From IMG/VR virus record IMGVR_UViG_3300025417_000022: 20,000 bases of DNA; one strand, written 5' to 3'. The translations under genes were made by a program, and so were the position numbers. Each line of letters begins with the position of its first letter. The first letter of the stretch is position 1. This document shows positions 1 to 7,332 of this stretch, piece by piece. The notes under the pieces are model-generated. The model saw nothing but the letters and a program-made list of their open reading frames with translations. It was not told where the DNA came from and made no database searches. Origin of the DNA: an uncultured virus (IMG/VR IMGVR_UViG_3300025417_000022) (lineage: Duplodnaviria > Heunggongvirae > Uroviricota > Caudoviricetes).

Positions 1-246
1 AAGAGTTCTATCGTGACAGTTTAAAATAGCACCGTGATCGAGCTTATCATCAATCCACTGACACCCTACTCTCTTAATTTCCTTAAAGTCAATTGCATAG
101 CCAATCTCTTCCATTGTTTCAAAACCGAATGTAAGTTCATAAAGATATGTATGACCGTGTACGTGAAAACACTTCATACGCTCGTTCATTACTCGATGCA
201 TAACATCGAACGATCCTTTTCGGGTTATTGTTTGCTTTGTGCTCAT
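1..246 (-). CDS. queD: 6-carboxy-5,6,7,8-tetrahydropterin synthase (QueD/PTPS family), runs off the window edge
   Basis: Not in ORF track. Manual translation from ATG 246: MSTKQTITRKGSFDVMHRVMNERMKCFHVHGHTYLYELTFGFETMEEIGYAIDFKEIKRVGCQWIDDKLDHGAILNCHDRTL. Has the QueD motifs H-R...CxxxHGHxY, IDFxxxK and LDHxxLN. ATG overlaps the rmlC TGA (ATGA). Confidence 0.88.
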   Translation of the reverse strand, partial: MSTKQTITRKGSFDVMHRVMNERMKCFHVHGHTYLYELTFGFETMEEIGYAIDFKEIKRVGCQWIDDKLDHGAILNCHDRTL

Positions 247-770
247 TGTAAGTCTTTAAAATAATGCCCCTGTTTATCTTTTTCTGATAGTATTGGGTTT
301 GTTGCACCCCAGTGTATATTCAAATCCGGATCGTTCCACATTAAAGTTCTCTCATACTCTGGATATCTATAATCTGAAACAAAATAATGAAAGTCTGCTT
401 GCTCTGATGCCACAATAAATCCATGAGCGCATCCCGCTGGTATATAAACTCTTGTTGATCCCATGAGTGTGACAGCATCCCAGAGACCAAATGTAGGCGA
501 GTCTTTTCTTAAATCGACAAAAACATCTCTCACTGCCCCGCTTGTAACCCAAACAAGTTTTGCTTGCGGGTGCTCGGATTGATAATGCAACCCTCTAAGC
601 ACACAAGAATAAGACTTACTATGATTCATTTGCACAAACCCGTGCTTAATATTTAAAATCTCTTCAAACTGTCTTTGATTCCACGTCTCTGCAAACGAAC
701 CTCTACTATCATTGTACTTCGTTGGCTCAATAATATAAGCGCCTTCTATTCTTGTTTTTGTAACCTTCAT
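243..770 (-). CDS. rmlC: dTDP-4-dehydrorhamnose 3,5-epimerase
   Basis: DSRGSFAE, FVQMNHSKS, VLRGLHYQ, QAKLV, DLRKDSPTFG and IPAGCAHGF motifs. Start placed at ATG 770 (ATGA overlap with rmlB stop) rather than 779. Confidence 0.93.
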   Translation of the reverse strand: MKVTKTRIEGAYIIEPTKYNDSRGSFAETWNQRQFEEILNIKHGFVQMNHSKSYSCVLRGLHYQSEHPQAKLVWVTSGAVRDVFVDLRKDSPTFGLWDAVTLMGSTRVYIPAGCAHGFIVASEQADFHYFVSDYRYPEYERTLMWNDPDLNIHWGATNPILSEKDKQGHYFKDLQ

Positions 771-1753
771 TGCATCCAAGCCCTGTTCTTAAGTGTCCAT
801 GCAACTACATCTCTTAATGAATCATCAAAATCCATTTCAGGCTTCCATCCAAGTGACTTAAGCTTTGAATCATCTAAAGCATATTTTTTATCATATCCCG
901 GTCTAATTACTGTATCTTCAACAAGCTCCATCTTGGCTGGCATGTTCATAATATGTGAGATTTTATCAACAAGATCGACATTACTAATTTCATCATGACC
1001 ACCTACATGATAACGATCAGGTAGTTCCTCAAACTCAGCACTTGTATAAGGCGCTATCCATCTCTGCATTACAAAGTTAATAGCTGAACAGAGATTACGA
1101 ACATGAATATACTTTCTAGCTCCAGACTTCCCATTACTCGAATAGATAGGAATAGTCTTACCTTCGTAAATATATTTGATTGTCTTTGGAATCATCTTCT
1201 CTACATTCTGCATCTTGCCGAACATATTCTGACAATTAATAATAGCTAAAGGTGTTCCATACGTTCTCCAGTAAGAGATAGCAATAGCTTCCTGACAGGC
1301 CTTTGAAGCTGAATAAGGATTCGACGGTACAATCTTAGCCCATTCCTTATGAGGTACATCATAGTACTGACCATAGACTTCATCAGTAGAGAGATGAATG
1401 AACTTCTCTACAGATTTTCTCTTTGCAAAGTCAAGAATGTTAATGATCAGATTAACATTGTTCAGAATTACAGCTTCAGGCTCCTTAATAGAACGATCAA
1501 TAGCTGATTCACTTGCAATGTTAACAATAATATCTACATTACCAATCTTAGAAGAAAGGACCGGTGAGATAGGGGTATTGAGATCATGTGTGTAGTGAAA
1601 GAATCTCTCGCTCTTTGAAATGCGCTGAGAATCTCCCATATGTCTGAGAGAGTCTAAACCAATGACCTCTACTGTTGGATCTGTTTCTAAGAGATATTCA
1701 ACAAAGTTTGCACCGACAAACCCTGCACTGCCTGTTACTAGTATTCTTTTCAT
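767..1753 (-). CDS. rmlB: dTDP-glucose 4,6-dehydratase-like NAD-dependent epimerase/dehydratase
   Basis: ILVTGSAGFVG Rossmann motif, ASESAIDRSI, STDEVYG, PYSASK (YxxxK), RPGYDKKYALD. Adjacent to rmlC. Confidence 0.88.
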   Translation of the reverse strand: MKRILVTGSAGFVGANFVEYLLETDPTVEVIGLDSLRHMGDSQRISKSERFFHYTHDLNTPISPVLSSKIGNVDIIVNIASESAIDRSIKEPEAVILNNVNLIINILDFAKRKSVEKFIHLSTDEVYGQYYDVPHKEWAKIVPSNPYSASKACQEAIAISYWRTYGTPLAIINCQNMFGKMQNVEKMIPKTIKYIYEGKTIPIYSSNGKSGARKYIHVRNLCSAINFVMQRWIAPYTSAEFEELPDRYHVGGHDEISNVDLVDKISHIMNMPAKMELVEDTVIRPGYDKKYALDDSKLKSLGWKPEMDFDDSLRDVVAWTLKNRAWMQ

Positions 1754-2232
1754 GGGTGTTTAATAAGTTCTGGTGAATATTGAGGAATTAAAGAAGAAGG
1801 TTCTGGTTGTCCTTTTCTTGCTTCCTGTTCAGCTGTTCTCTTTCTTAAGTCACTAGAAGAGAAATCATGCTTACGGGTATGATAAAAGATCTCAATACCG
1901 TGATCGATACAGTACTGCTTACCGGTAAAGTCTCTGTCTTTATACTCTTCGGATAGGAAGCGAATGTGCATAGTTTGAGTCATAATAAGCTGAAGTAAAT
2001 CATACTCTGTACTGTATACTAAAATCTCATCAACGTACTTACAGCCCTGAAGCTGTACATATCTTTCGTAAATAGACTGAACAGGCTTATTTTTGACACC
2101 CGGTCTATCTATTGTTGGATCGACTTGGAGTGCGACCTTAAGGTAGTCGCACATTTCTTTTTCTTGCTTGAGCATGGTAACATGCCCGGCATGAAGTAAA
2201 TCAAATGAACTGCAGTTAAATCCTATCTTCAT
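1750..2232 (-). CDS. Cytidylyltransferase, glycerol-3-phosphate cytidylyltransferase (TagD)-like
   Basis: FDLLHAGH (HxGH), KPVQSIYER, YVDEI and RKHDFSSSDLR motifs. Stop overlaps rmlB ATG (ATGA). Confidence 0.85.
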   Translation of the reverse strand: MKIGFNCSSFDLLHAGHVTMLKQEKEMCDYLKVALQVDPTIDRPGVKNKPVQSIYERYVQLQGCKYVDEILVYSTEYDLLQLIMTQTMHIRFLSEEYKDRDFTGKQYCIDHGIEIFYHTRKHDFSSSDLRKRTAEQEARKGQPEPSSLIPQYSPELIKHP

Positions 2233-2283
2233 TGAGTTTAATTGTAAGTGCTCCAGGCGCTCAATCCAGGGCTAAATTAAACT

Positions 2284-2763
2284 CTATTTAACCTCGATAC
2301 TAATATTTTGTACCTCCGGTTTTACAACAGGGACCTTAACTCGTAATAGGCCGTCTGTGTATGTTGATGAGATAGACTTAACGTCCGTATTGTCTTTCAG
2401 GGTGAAGGACAATTGTCCCTTCCTCCTACTGATTCCTTTACGGTGGTAGACGATATGCTCATCGGGTTCTGCGTCTTCCTTCTCCACGCTAATGAAGAGA
2501 TGTCCCTCTTTCACGTGTACTTTGATGTTGTCTCTGCCGACTCCGGCGAGTGCAACTTCGATATAATATGCAACAGGGTTCCCTTCCGGGTCTATATCTG
2601 CTACGATATTATATGGGTATGTAGCATTTGGAATATCAAATGCCTTATCGATGTCCTTAAAGACATCACTTAGCCAACTTTCATTAAACAGAGCTGGTAG
2701 TCGGCTATAGCCAGTCCCTGATGCCGGAATTACCCGACCTAGTGTGTATGTGTGTGTTGTCAT
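2284..2763 (-). CDS. Small heat-shock protein (Hsp20/IbpA-like alpha-crystallin domain)
   Basis: YPYNIV, YIEVALAG, YHRKGISRR, YTDGLLRVKVP and C-terminal ISI (IxI). SD AAGGAG upstream. Confidence 0.92.
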   Translation of the reverse strand: MTTHTYTLGRVIPASGTGYSRLPALFNESWLSDVFKDIDKAFDIPNATYPYNIVADIDPEGNPVAYYIEVALAGVGRDNIKVHVKEGHLFISVEKEDAEPDEHIVYHRKGISRRKGQLSFTLKDNTDVKSISSTYTDGLLRVKVPVVKPEVQNISIEVK

Positions 2764-2770
2764 ATGTGTT

Positions 2771-2787
2771 CTCCTTTGTTAAGCGAG
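2771..2787 (-). promoter_or_regulatory. ROSE-like RNA thermometer hairpin occluding the hsp20 SD
   Basis: Minus strand reads CUC-G-CUU-AACA-AAG-GAG: a UCGCU motif with bulged G pairing with the SD, as in ROSE elements of sHsp genes. Confidence 0.6.
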
Positions 2788-2831
2788 TTAATATGTTCTC
2801 TCTAGCCTCGGTTGAGCGCCTGAGCTATAAC

Positions 2832-2839
2832 TATTTATA
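2832..2839 (-). promoter_or_regulatory. T4-type late promoter TATAAATA upstream of hsp20
   Basis: Exact TATAAATA on the minus strand, intergenic, about 70 nt upstream of the hsp20 ATG. Confidence 0.6.
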
Positions 2840-2847
2840 TACACAAA

Positions 2848-3078
2848 TTACGAGATATCAAGTTTTTTTAAAGTTTTTGTATTGAGAAAATTAATCAGCA
2901 CGTCTACATCATCATCACTTAAATGGAGTGTTATTTGCCTTGTATCATATTTAGAACCATAATTAAAATCTATTGTTAGTTCTGCTTGAGGACCGTAATC
3001 ACCGCCAACCGGCTTACCTGTAAAATCAGAAAAGAAGAGAGCTTCTTCATCTTGGTTTGGAGTAATAATCCTTTTCAT
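2848..3078 (-). CDS. Hypothetical protein (76 aa)
   Basis: ORF track; ATGA-coupled to the upstream small ORF. Confidence 0.7.
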   Translation of the reverse strand: MKRIITPNQDEEALFFSDFTGKPVGGDYGPQAELTIDFNYGSKYDTRQITLHLSDDDVDVLINFLNTKTLKKLDIS

Positions 3079-3224
3079 TGTTCTATAATCCTATATGGAT
3101 TGGAATCAGTATAGTGCCACCAATATTGCTTTATATGCTTAAGAGCTTCTTGTTTTGAATTGTAAGGTGAGCACATTGACGTGTTCCATCCCTTACCTGT
3201 CCAGCGTTGTACGAAATATACCAT
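3075..3224 (-). CDS. Small hypothetical protein (49 aa, Trp-rich)
   Basis: Not in track. MVYFVQRWTGKGWNTSMCSPYNSKQEALKHIKQYWWHYTDSNPYRIIEQ*. ATGA overlap with the next gene; TTGCTT-16-TATTAT promoter-like element upstream (3232-3259). Confidence 0.65.
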   Translation of the reverse strand: MVYFVQRWTGKGWNTSMCSPYNSKQEALKHIKQYWWHYTDSNPYRIIEQ

Positions 3225-3266
3225 ATCGCTTATAATAATGAATTGCTTAATAAAAGCAAGTTAAAA

Positions 3267-3723
3267 TGGTGGAGGTGAGGGGATTCGAACCCCTGTCCTT
3301 AATCTTGACTATCTATCGACTCTACATGCTTTAGCATATTCTAGCATTTCAAGAACGCCATACGGCGCCGGAGAGAGAGGTTGCTAATGGTTGCCAGCCT
3401 ATATTTTTCTCTACCTGTAGCAAGAACCGGCTTTACTACGACCGCTTACTCTTAGTTTTCTTAGAATCGTAAGACCTTCCTTAACCTATTGTTAAGCTCC
3501 CAGTACCTTTAATAGGATCCGATACTGTTTTTATGCAGCGAGAAGATACTCTTCTTCCATGCAGAACTCGTCTGCGTGGTTAAAGATGTAGCTAGCCTCT
3601 GCTAAGAGCGCGTCAGTATTATCTTCGGCGTTTGATTTTTTTGATTGATTTTAAAGTAGATACAATCGTCTACTGCATGCACTATAGTTTTCAATAATTA
3701 AATCGAGTACCAAGTACACCCCC
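3267..3723 (-). ncRNA. ssrA: tmRNA (transfer-messenger RNA), one-piece, 457 nt
   Basis: 5' GGGGGUG pairs with 3' CACCUCC-ACCA, including the G3.U wobble (Ala identity). T-arm AGGGG-UUCGAAU-CCCCU. Long helix 2 (UUAAUU/GAUUAA, UUGA/UCAA, CUAU/AUAG, GCAUGC/GCAUGU). pk1-like AGUAGA/UCUACU plus GAUUG/CAAUC. Tag ORF ends in LAA*. Confidence 0.95.
3531..3629 (-). other. tmRNA tag reading frame: AEDNTDALLAEASYIFNHADEFCMEEEYLLAA*
   Basis: GCC resume codon follows the A-rich AAAAAAUCAAAC just after pk1; 32 codons then UAA; hydrophobic YLLAA end. Confidence 0.8.
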
Positions 3724-3726
3724 AAA

Positions 3727-4410
3727 TTACTTATCAATGAACGAAGTATAAATCTCTTGCAATTGTGCTGAAATTTTCTTTAATGATTTTAGATCCTTTT
3801 TTGAGAATTTCAACATTTTTGATATATCTGCAAGGTTGTGCGCTAGATATGCATTGAGTTCGTCTATTAAAACAGCCTTGCAATAGCCCGTTTCTAACAA
3901 ATGCTTAAAGATTTTATTTTGTATAGATTTTGGCAATTTCTCTAGAACAGCATTAACATCTTTTTTATATTTTTTATTAAGAAAATATAATCCGTGACTG
4001 ATTTCATGATTGAGAGTACTGGCATCATTGTTCTGTGAACCAATTATATAGAAATTCGTACTGCCTACCTCATTGCTTACATGTTCAAATATATCTAAAA
4101 GAAGCTTATCGTACGTATTAAAATCATCTATTCCAATTTCATTATAAAGCTTATTCAATACTGGTCCTGGTACGTTAAAGCCTGACCAATCAGCCGGATA
4201 AGAGAAGACAGTATCACCTCTACTCTGTGTATACAGACGCATGAAATCCGTCATATCAAATTTCTTACCACGAATACCAGTTAAGGAAGATTCATAAAAC
4301 TCTTGAGCTCGACAAAATGTCATCGCAAGGTCATATGTATTCTCTACAATGACGTGATAGATTCCATCTGTTACCTGTTCTACGGTAACGGGCATTGGTT
4401 GCTGTTTCAT
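3727..4410 (-). CDS. Hypothetical protein with HExxH motif (possible zinc metallopeptidase)
   Basis: TLNHEISHGLYFL plus downstream DELNAY Glu. Stop is 3 nt from the tmRNA 5' end. Confidence 0.55.
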   Translation of the reverse strand: MKQQPMPVTVEQVTDGIYHVIVENTYDLAMTFCRAQEFYESSLTGIRGKKFDMTDFMRLYTQSRGDTVFSYPADWSGFNVPGPVLNKLYNEIGIDDFNTYDKLLLDIFEHVSNEVGSTNFYIIGSQNNDASTLNHEISHGLYFLNKKYKKDVNAVLEKLPKSIQNKIFKHLLETGYCKAVLIDELNAYLAHNLADISKMLKFSKKDLKSLKKISAQLQEIYTSFIDK

Positions 4411-5042
4411 TAAAATGTACGTCTAACCCAATAGCCTACCTTTGTTAGGCCCTTGGAAATATCTAAAAAGAAGTCACTAGCGAGATAGACAATATTATTA
4501 TAAACACCGCAGGTATTTTCTCGAAGAAAACGCCTAACTTTCGCTTTAGGTGCACTAGCGTAGGTGTTCATTAATTGTTCTATTTCAAGTCTACGTGTCT
4601 CTAATTCTTCTTTTGTTGCAAAGATCTCTTCTTTTACAATTTTTAATTTGCCCTTTAATTGGCCATCGACGAATTTTGCTTGATACTCAATCCACCATTC
4701 ATTGCCGTTTTTATCAAGCGGTGATCCGTAGAAATTAACAATACCGGTATGATCAGCTTTAATCCATTTACGGGATATTTCATTGAACTTATACGGCCAT
4801 ACAAAACAACGCGACCGTCTTGCCTTTTTTTCTTCAGCTTCGGTCATCGTTCTGACGTGCTCTCCTTCAACCTTTTCATAATAGAGCTTACCTGTTTTAC
4901 CAATCTTGTAGTAGGTAAGTGTATTATCTAGATCCTTAGTTTGAAATTCTAGATCTTTGTACCAATTCTCATCGAGTACAGTCTTTGTTTTTCTAGAGAC
5001 AGGAAGAAGTGCCTCACTTTTAATATAATCAAACATTCCCAT
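4410..5042 (-). CDS. Phage hypothetical protein (MGMFDYI...FQTKDL type)
   Basis: 210-aa ORF; stop overlaps the next ATG by 1 nt. The N-terminal pattern resembles a common phage hypothetical family; function unknown. Confidence 0.7.
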   Translation of the reverse strand: MGMFDYIKSEALLPVSRKTKTVLDENWYKDLEFQTKDLDNTLTYYKIGKTGKLYYEKVEGEHVRTMTEAEEKKARRSRCFVWPYKFNEISRKWIKADHTGIVNFYGSPLDKNGNEWWIEYQAKFVDGQLKGKLKIVKEEIFATKEELETRRLEIEQLMNTYASAPKAKVRRFLRENTCGVYNNIVYLASDFFLDISKGLTKVGYWVRRTF

Positions 5043-5053
5043 TTGTTGATATA

Positions 5054-5689
5054 TTATATACTACTAAGAATGGAATCAACTAGAAAATTAAATTTCGACT
5101 CTTTGATGGTAGAGAGCTCTTTTTTTGCTTTCTCTAACTCTTTTGTCAAAAAGGCATATGCCTGGTTTGGTGTACTGAAATTCTCTGTTCTCATTTCAAT
5201 AGCGTAGCCGCCTTTGTTTCTCCATGCTTGTATATACGGTGGGAAGTCATCAACAAGAATATTCGGCTTACCGTCTGTTACTGCGTAAATTGATTTGTCT
5301 TGCGGAAAGAACGCTTCTTTTGGTTGAGGATTTAAATGACGTTTAATCCAAACCTCTTTACCTTTTCTGCATTCTATAGGGTTAATTGAAGCCGGGTGAG
5401 AGCAAATATTATATTCACCGGCAAAATCAACAGCTGCCTTTACTACTGCATTTGTTATGCTACCATCCTTACCGAACGGAAGCAAATGCTCAAAAAACGG
5501 CTCTACAGGCCCGAATCTTTCGACAAATTTATTTTTATTTGTCCAATATTCTCTAATTTTTTCTTTGTTTTCCTTAGCTTTAGGATTAGATGGTGATGTA
5601 ACAGATTTATAATCTTGACCGAATATATCATAACTGACAGTATTGAACAAATCTGCCAAAAGACCATCCATATCAAGAAATACCATCAT
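5054..5689 (-). CDS. HAD-superfamily 5'(3')-deoxyribonucleotidase (NT5C-like)
   Basis: FLDMDGLLADL (DxD), FFEHL, GKEVWI and NILVDDF...WRNKGG motifs. Confidence 0.8.
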   Translation of the reverse strand: MMVFLDMDGLLADLFNTVSYDIFGQDYKSVTSPSNPKAKENKEKIREYWTNKNKFVERFGPVEPFFEHLLPFGKDGSITNAVVKAAVDFAGEYNICSHPASINPIECRKGKEVWIKRHLNPQPKEAFFPQDKSIYAVTDGKPNILVDDFPPYIQAWRNKGGYAIEMRTENFSTPNQAYAFLTKELEKAKKELSTIKESKFNFLVDSILSSI

Positions 5690-5700
5690 AAAATTAAAAG

Positions 5701-5910
5701 TTATTCAGACTTTGGCGCGGTATAAACAGTGAATCTATAGAGAAATAAACCATGACATCTGCGATTTACGAGTACCTTTTTCGCGCTCACGATTAATTTG
5801 GTTTTACTTAATACTGCGAGCTTTTCTTGTAAATGTTCTTCCGCCTGCTTTGTATCATTGAAATAACCACTCCATTTAATAATATTACTGTCAAGATTTA
5901 AAATCTCCAT
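5701..5910 (-). CDS. Hypothetical protein (69 aa)
   Basis: ORF track; ATAAATA 5 nt upstream of ATG. Confidence 0.6.
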   Translation of the reverse strand: MEILNLDSNIIKWSGYFNDTKQAEEHLQEKLAVLSKTKLIVSAKKVLVNRRCHGLFLYRFTVYTAPKSE

Positions 5911-6047
5911 ATCAATATTTATTCATTTATCCACTCTTAATATCGATAGTAATTAATCTAACAGTCTAAAGTAGCAAATTTGTAAATGCTTTATATACAG
6001 TAAGTTAAATGTACTATTATTTAGTATTCATTTGCTCTGTATGACAT

Positions 6048-6902
6048 TTACCCTACTAATTCTGCAAGTCTGCTTCTTAAGAAGAAGGTATCATACCAAA
6101 CATTAATATCGTTTAATATCTTGTAAAAGCTAAGATCTTTGCACTTGGTTTTAAATTCCTCAAAAGATTTCTCCGGGGAAGTGCTTAATTGGTCCTTTAC
6201 GTAGTTATATTCATCAGCTGAATTTATAGAATACGTCAAATCCACCAGCTTGATGTTATTCTCATATTGCTGCTGTTCCTCCTCAGTTAAGATATACTCC
6301 CCGGAAAGGGTTTTAGCAATCTTTACCTTACCAAAGCCCTTTAGTCCTGGAATATTATCAGATTTATCACCTGCAAGCGCTTTAATTTTTACAAAATCTT
6401 CTTTATTGCATTTATGATCTTCAAAGAAACTAGATAGTTTAAATTCTTTCTTCTTTAGCGGCTCGTATACAACGGTTTTTTTGTCAATCAACTGACATAA
6501 ATCACGATCTACTGTGACAACCGCCTTGGTTTCATCTTTAAAGATATCACAGTAAATGGCCATGACATCATCAGCTTCGTAGTCTCTTGGAAAGATGCTT
6601 TTTATACCCAGATGCTCAAGCATCTGCTTAATAATCTCGTTTTTTGAATGAACCTCTTTATTGCGCTCTTTATCTCTCGTACCCTTATAATCAGCTAATA
6701 GTTCTTTTCGTTTATTGACAGTATAATCCTTCTTTTCATCCCAGGCGCAGACGATATGATCAGGTTTATATTGTAAAGCGAGATTTTTTACACTAACAAG
6801 GAACAAATAAATGTGAAAATACTCGTTAAAGACGGGTTGATTCTTTGCGACCCAAAAAACCCTATGTACTAGATTGTTTCCGTCTATGATAAGGTGCTGC
6901 AT
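6048..6902 (-). CDS. 5'-3' exonuclease / T4 RNase H-like (FEN/PIN fold)
   Basis: LIIDGNNLVHR, YKGTR, EADDVMA, TVDRDLCQL and ALAGDKSDNIPGLKGFG (H3TH) motifs. Confidence 0.9.
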   Translation of the reverse strand: MQHLIIDGNNLVHRVFWVAKNQPVFNEYFHIYLFLVSVKNLALQYKPDHIVCAWDEKKDYTVNKRKELLADYKGTRDKERNKEVHSKNEIIKQMLEHLGIKSIFPRDYEADDVMAIYCDIFKDETKAVVTVDRDLCQLIDKKTVVYEPLKKKEFKLSSFFEDHKCNKEDFVKIKALAGDKSDNIPGLKGFGKVKIAKTLSGEYILTEEEQQQYENNIKLVDLTYSINSADEYNYVKDQLSTSPEKSFEEFKTKCKDLSFYKILNDINVWYDTFFLRSRLAELVG

Positions 6903-7023
6903 TTTTGTGTTTGTAAAAGGGTTTATTGTGGTTTGGAACAGGGTTATAGCAATATTTCTTTCTTAGCTCATTATAATAAGCTCTTTCTTCTTTTGTCATT
7001 ATATCACTACCTTCTCTATTCAT
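6862..7023 (-). CDS. Small basic hypothetical protein (53 aa)
   Basis: Not in track. MNREGSDIMTKEERAYYNELRKKYCYNPVPNHNKPFYKHKNAAPYHRRKQSST*. Fills the gap after 7026..7241 and overlaps the exonuclease start by 41 nt. Confidence 0.45.
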   Translation of the reverse strand: MNREGSDIMTKEERAYYNELRKKYCYNPVPNHNKPFYKHKNAAPYHRRKQSST

Positions 7024-7025
7024 TA

Positions 7026-7241
7026 TTACTTGAGAAAGAATTTTATTTTCGCCTTCTCCATGTCTTTTTCAGTAACAATCCATCTAAGCGATTTATTTTT
7101 GTAGAGATTTTGTTCATTGTAGATAGCTCTACGTATGATTGCCTCCCTCTCATCATAGTCGACATTAAATTTAAAGACTATCAGTCTGCTATATACCTTT
7201 TCGTTTTTAGGCCGTGCTTTATATTTACGTGCTGTCTTCAT
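7026..7241 (-). CDS. Basic hypothetical protein (71 aa)
   Basis: ORF track; sigma70-like promoter directly upstream. Confidence 0.65.
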   Translation of the reverse strand: MKTARKYKARPKNEKVYSRLIVFKFNVDYDEREAIIRRAIYNEQNLYKNKSLRWIVTEKDMEKAKIKFFLK

Positions 7242-7252
7242 TGATAGATATA

Positions 7253-7281
7253 ATAGTATATAGTAGAGATGAATTAATCAA
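7253..7281 (-). promoter_or_regulatory. sigma70-like promoter TTGATT-17-TACTAT
   Basis: Intergenic. Shares upstream AATAAAGC-TTG with the promoter at 15112-15140. Confidence 0.55.
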
Positions 7282-7332
7282 GCTTTATTTACATGCACTG
7301 GCGTTTGGTGTTGTTTAATTGTAAATAGCTTT

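Noticed and set aside
34..264. 76-aa plus-strand ORF
   Set aside because: Antisense to the clearly recognisable queD.
2800..2830. CIRCE (HrcA) operator upstream of hsp20
   Set aside because: Does not match TTAGCACTC-N9-GAGTGCTAA beyond TAGC/GCTA ends.
3267..3300. Standalone tRNA
   Set aside because: The T-arm and CCA belong to the tmRNA; the matching acceptor strand is 450 nt away and there is no anticodon arm.
5925..6047. Hidden ORF or ncRNA in the AT-rich gap
   Set aside because: Only very short ORFs, and no convincing stem structure seen.
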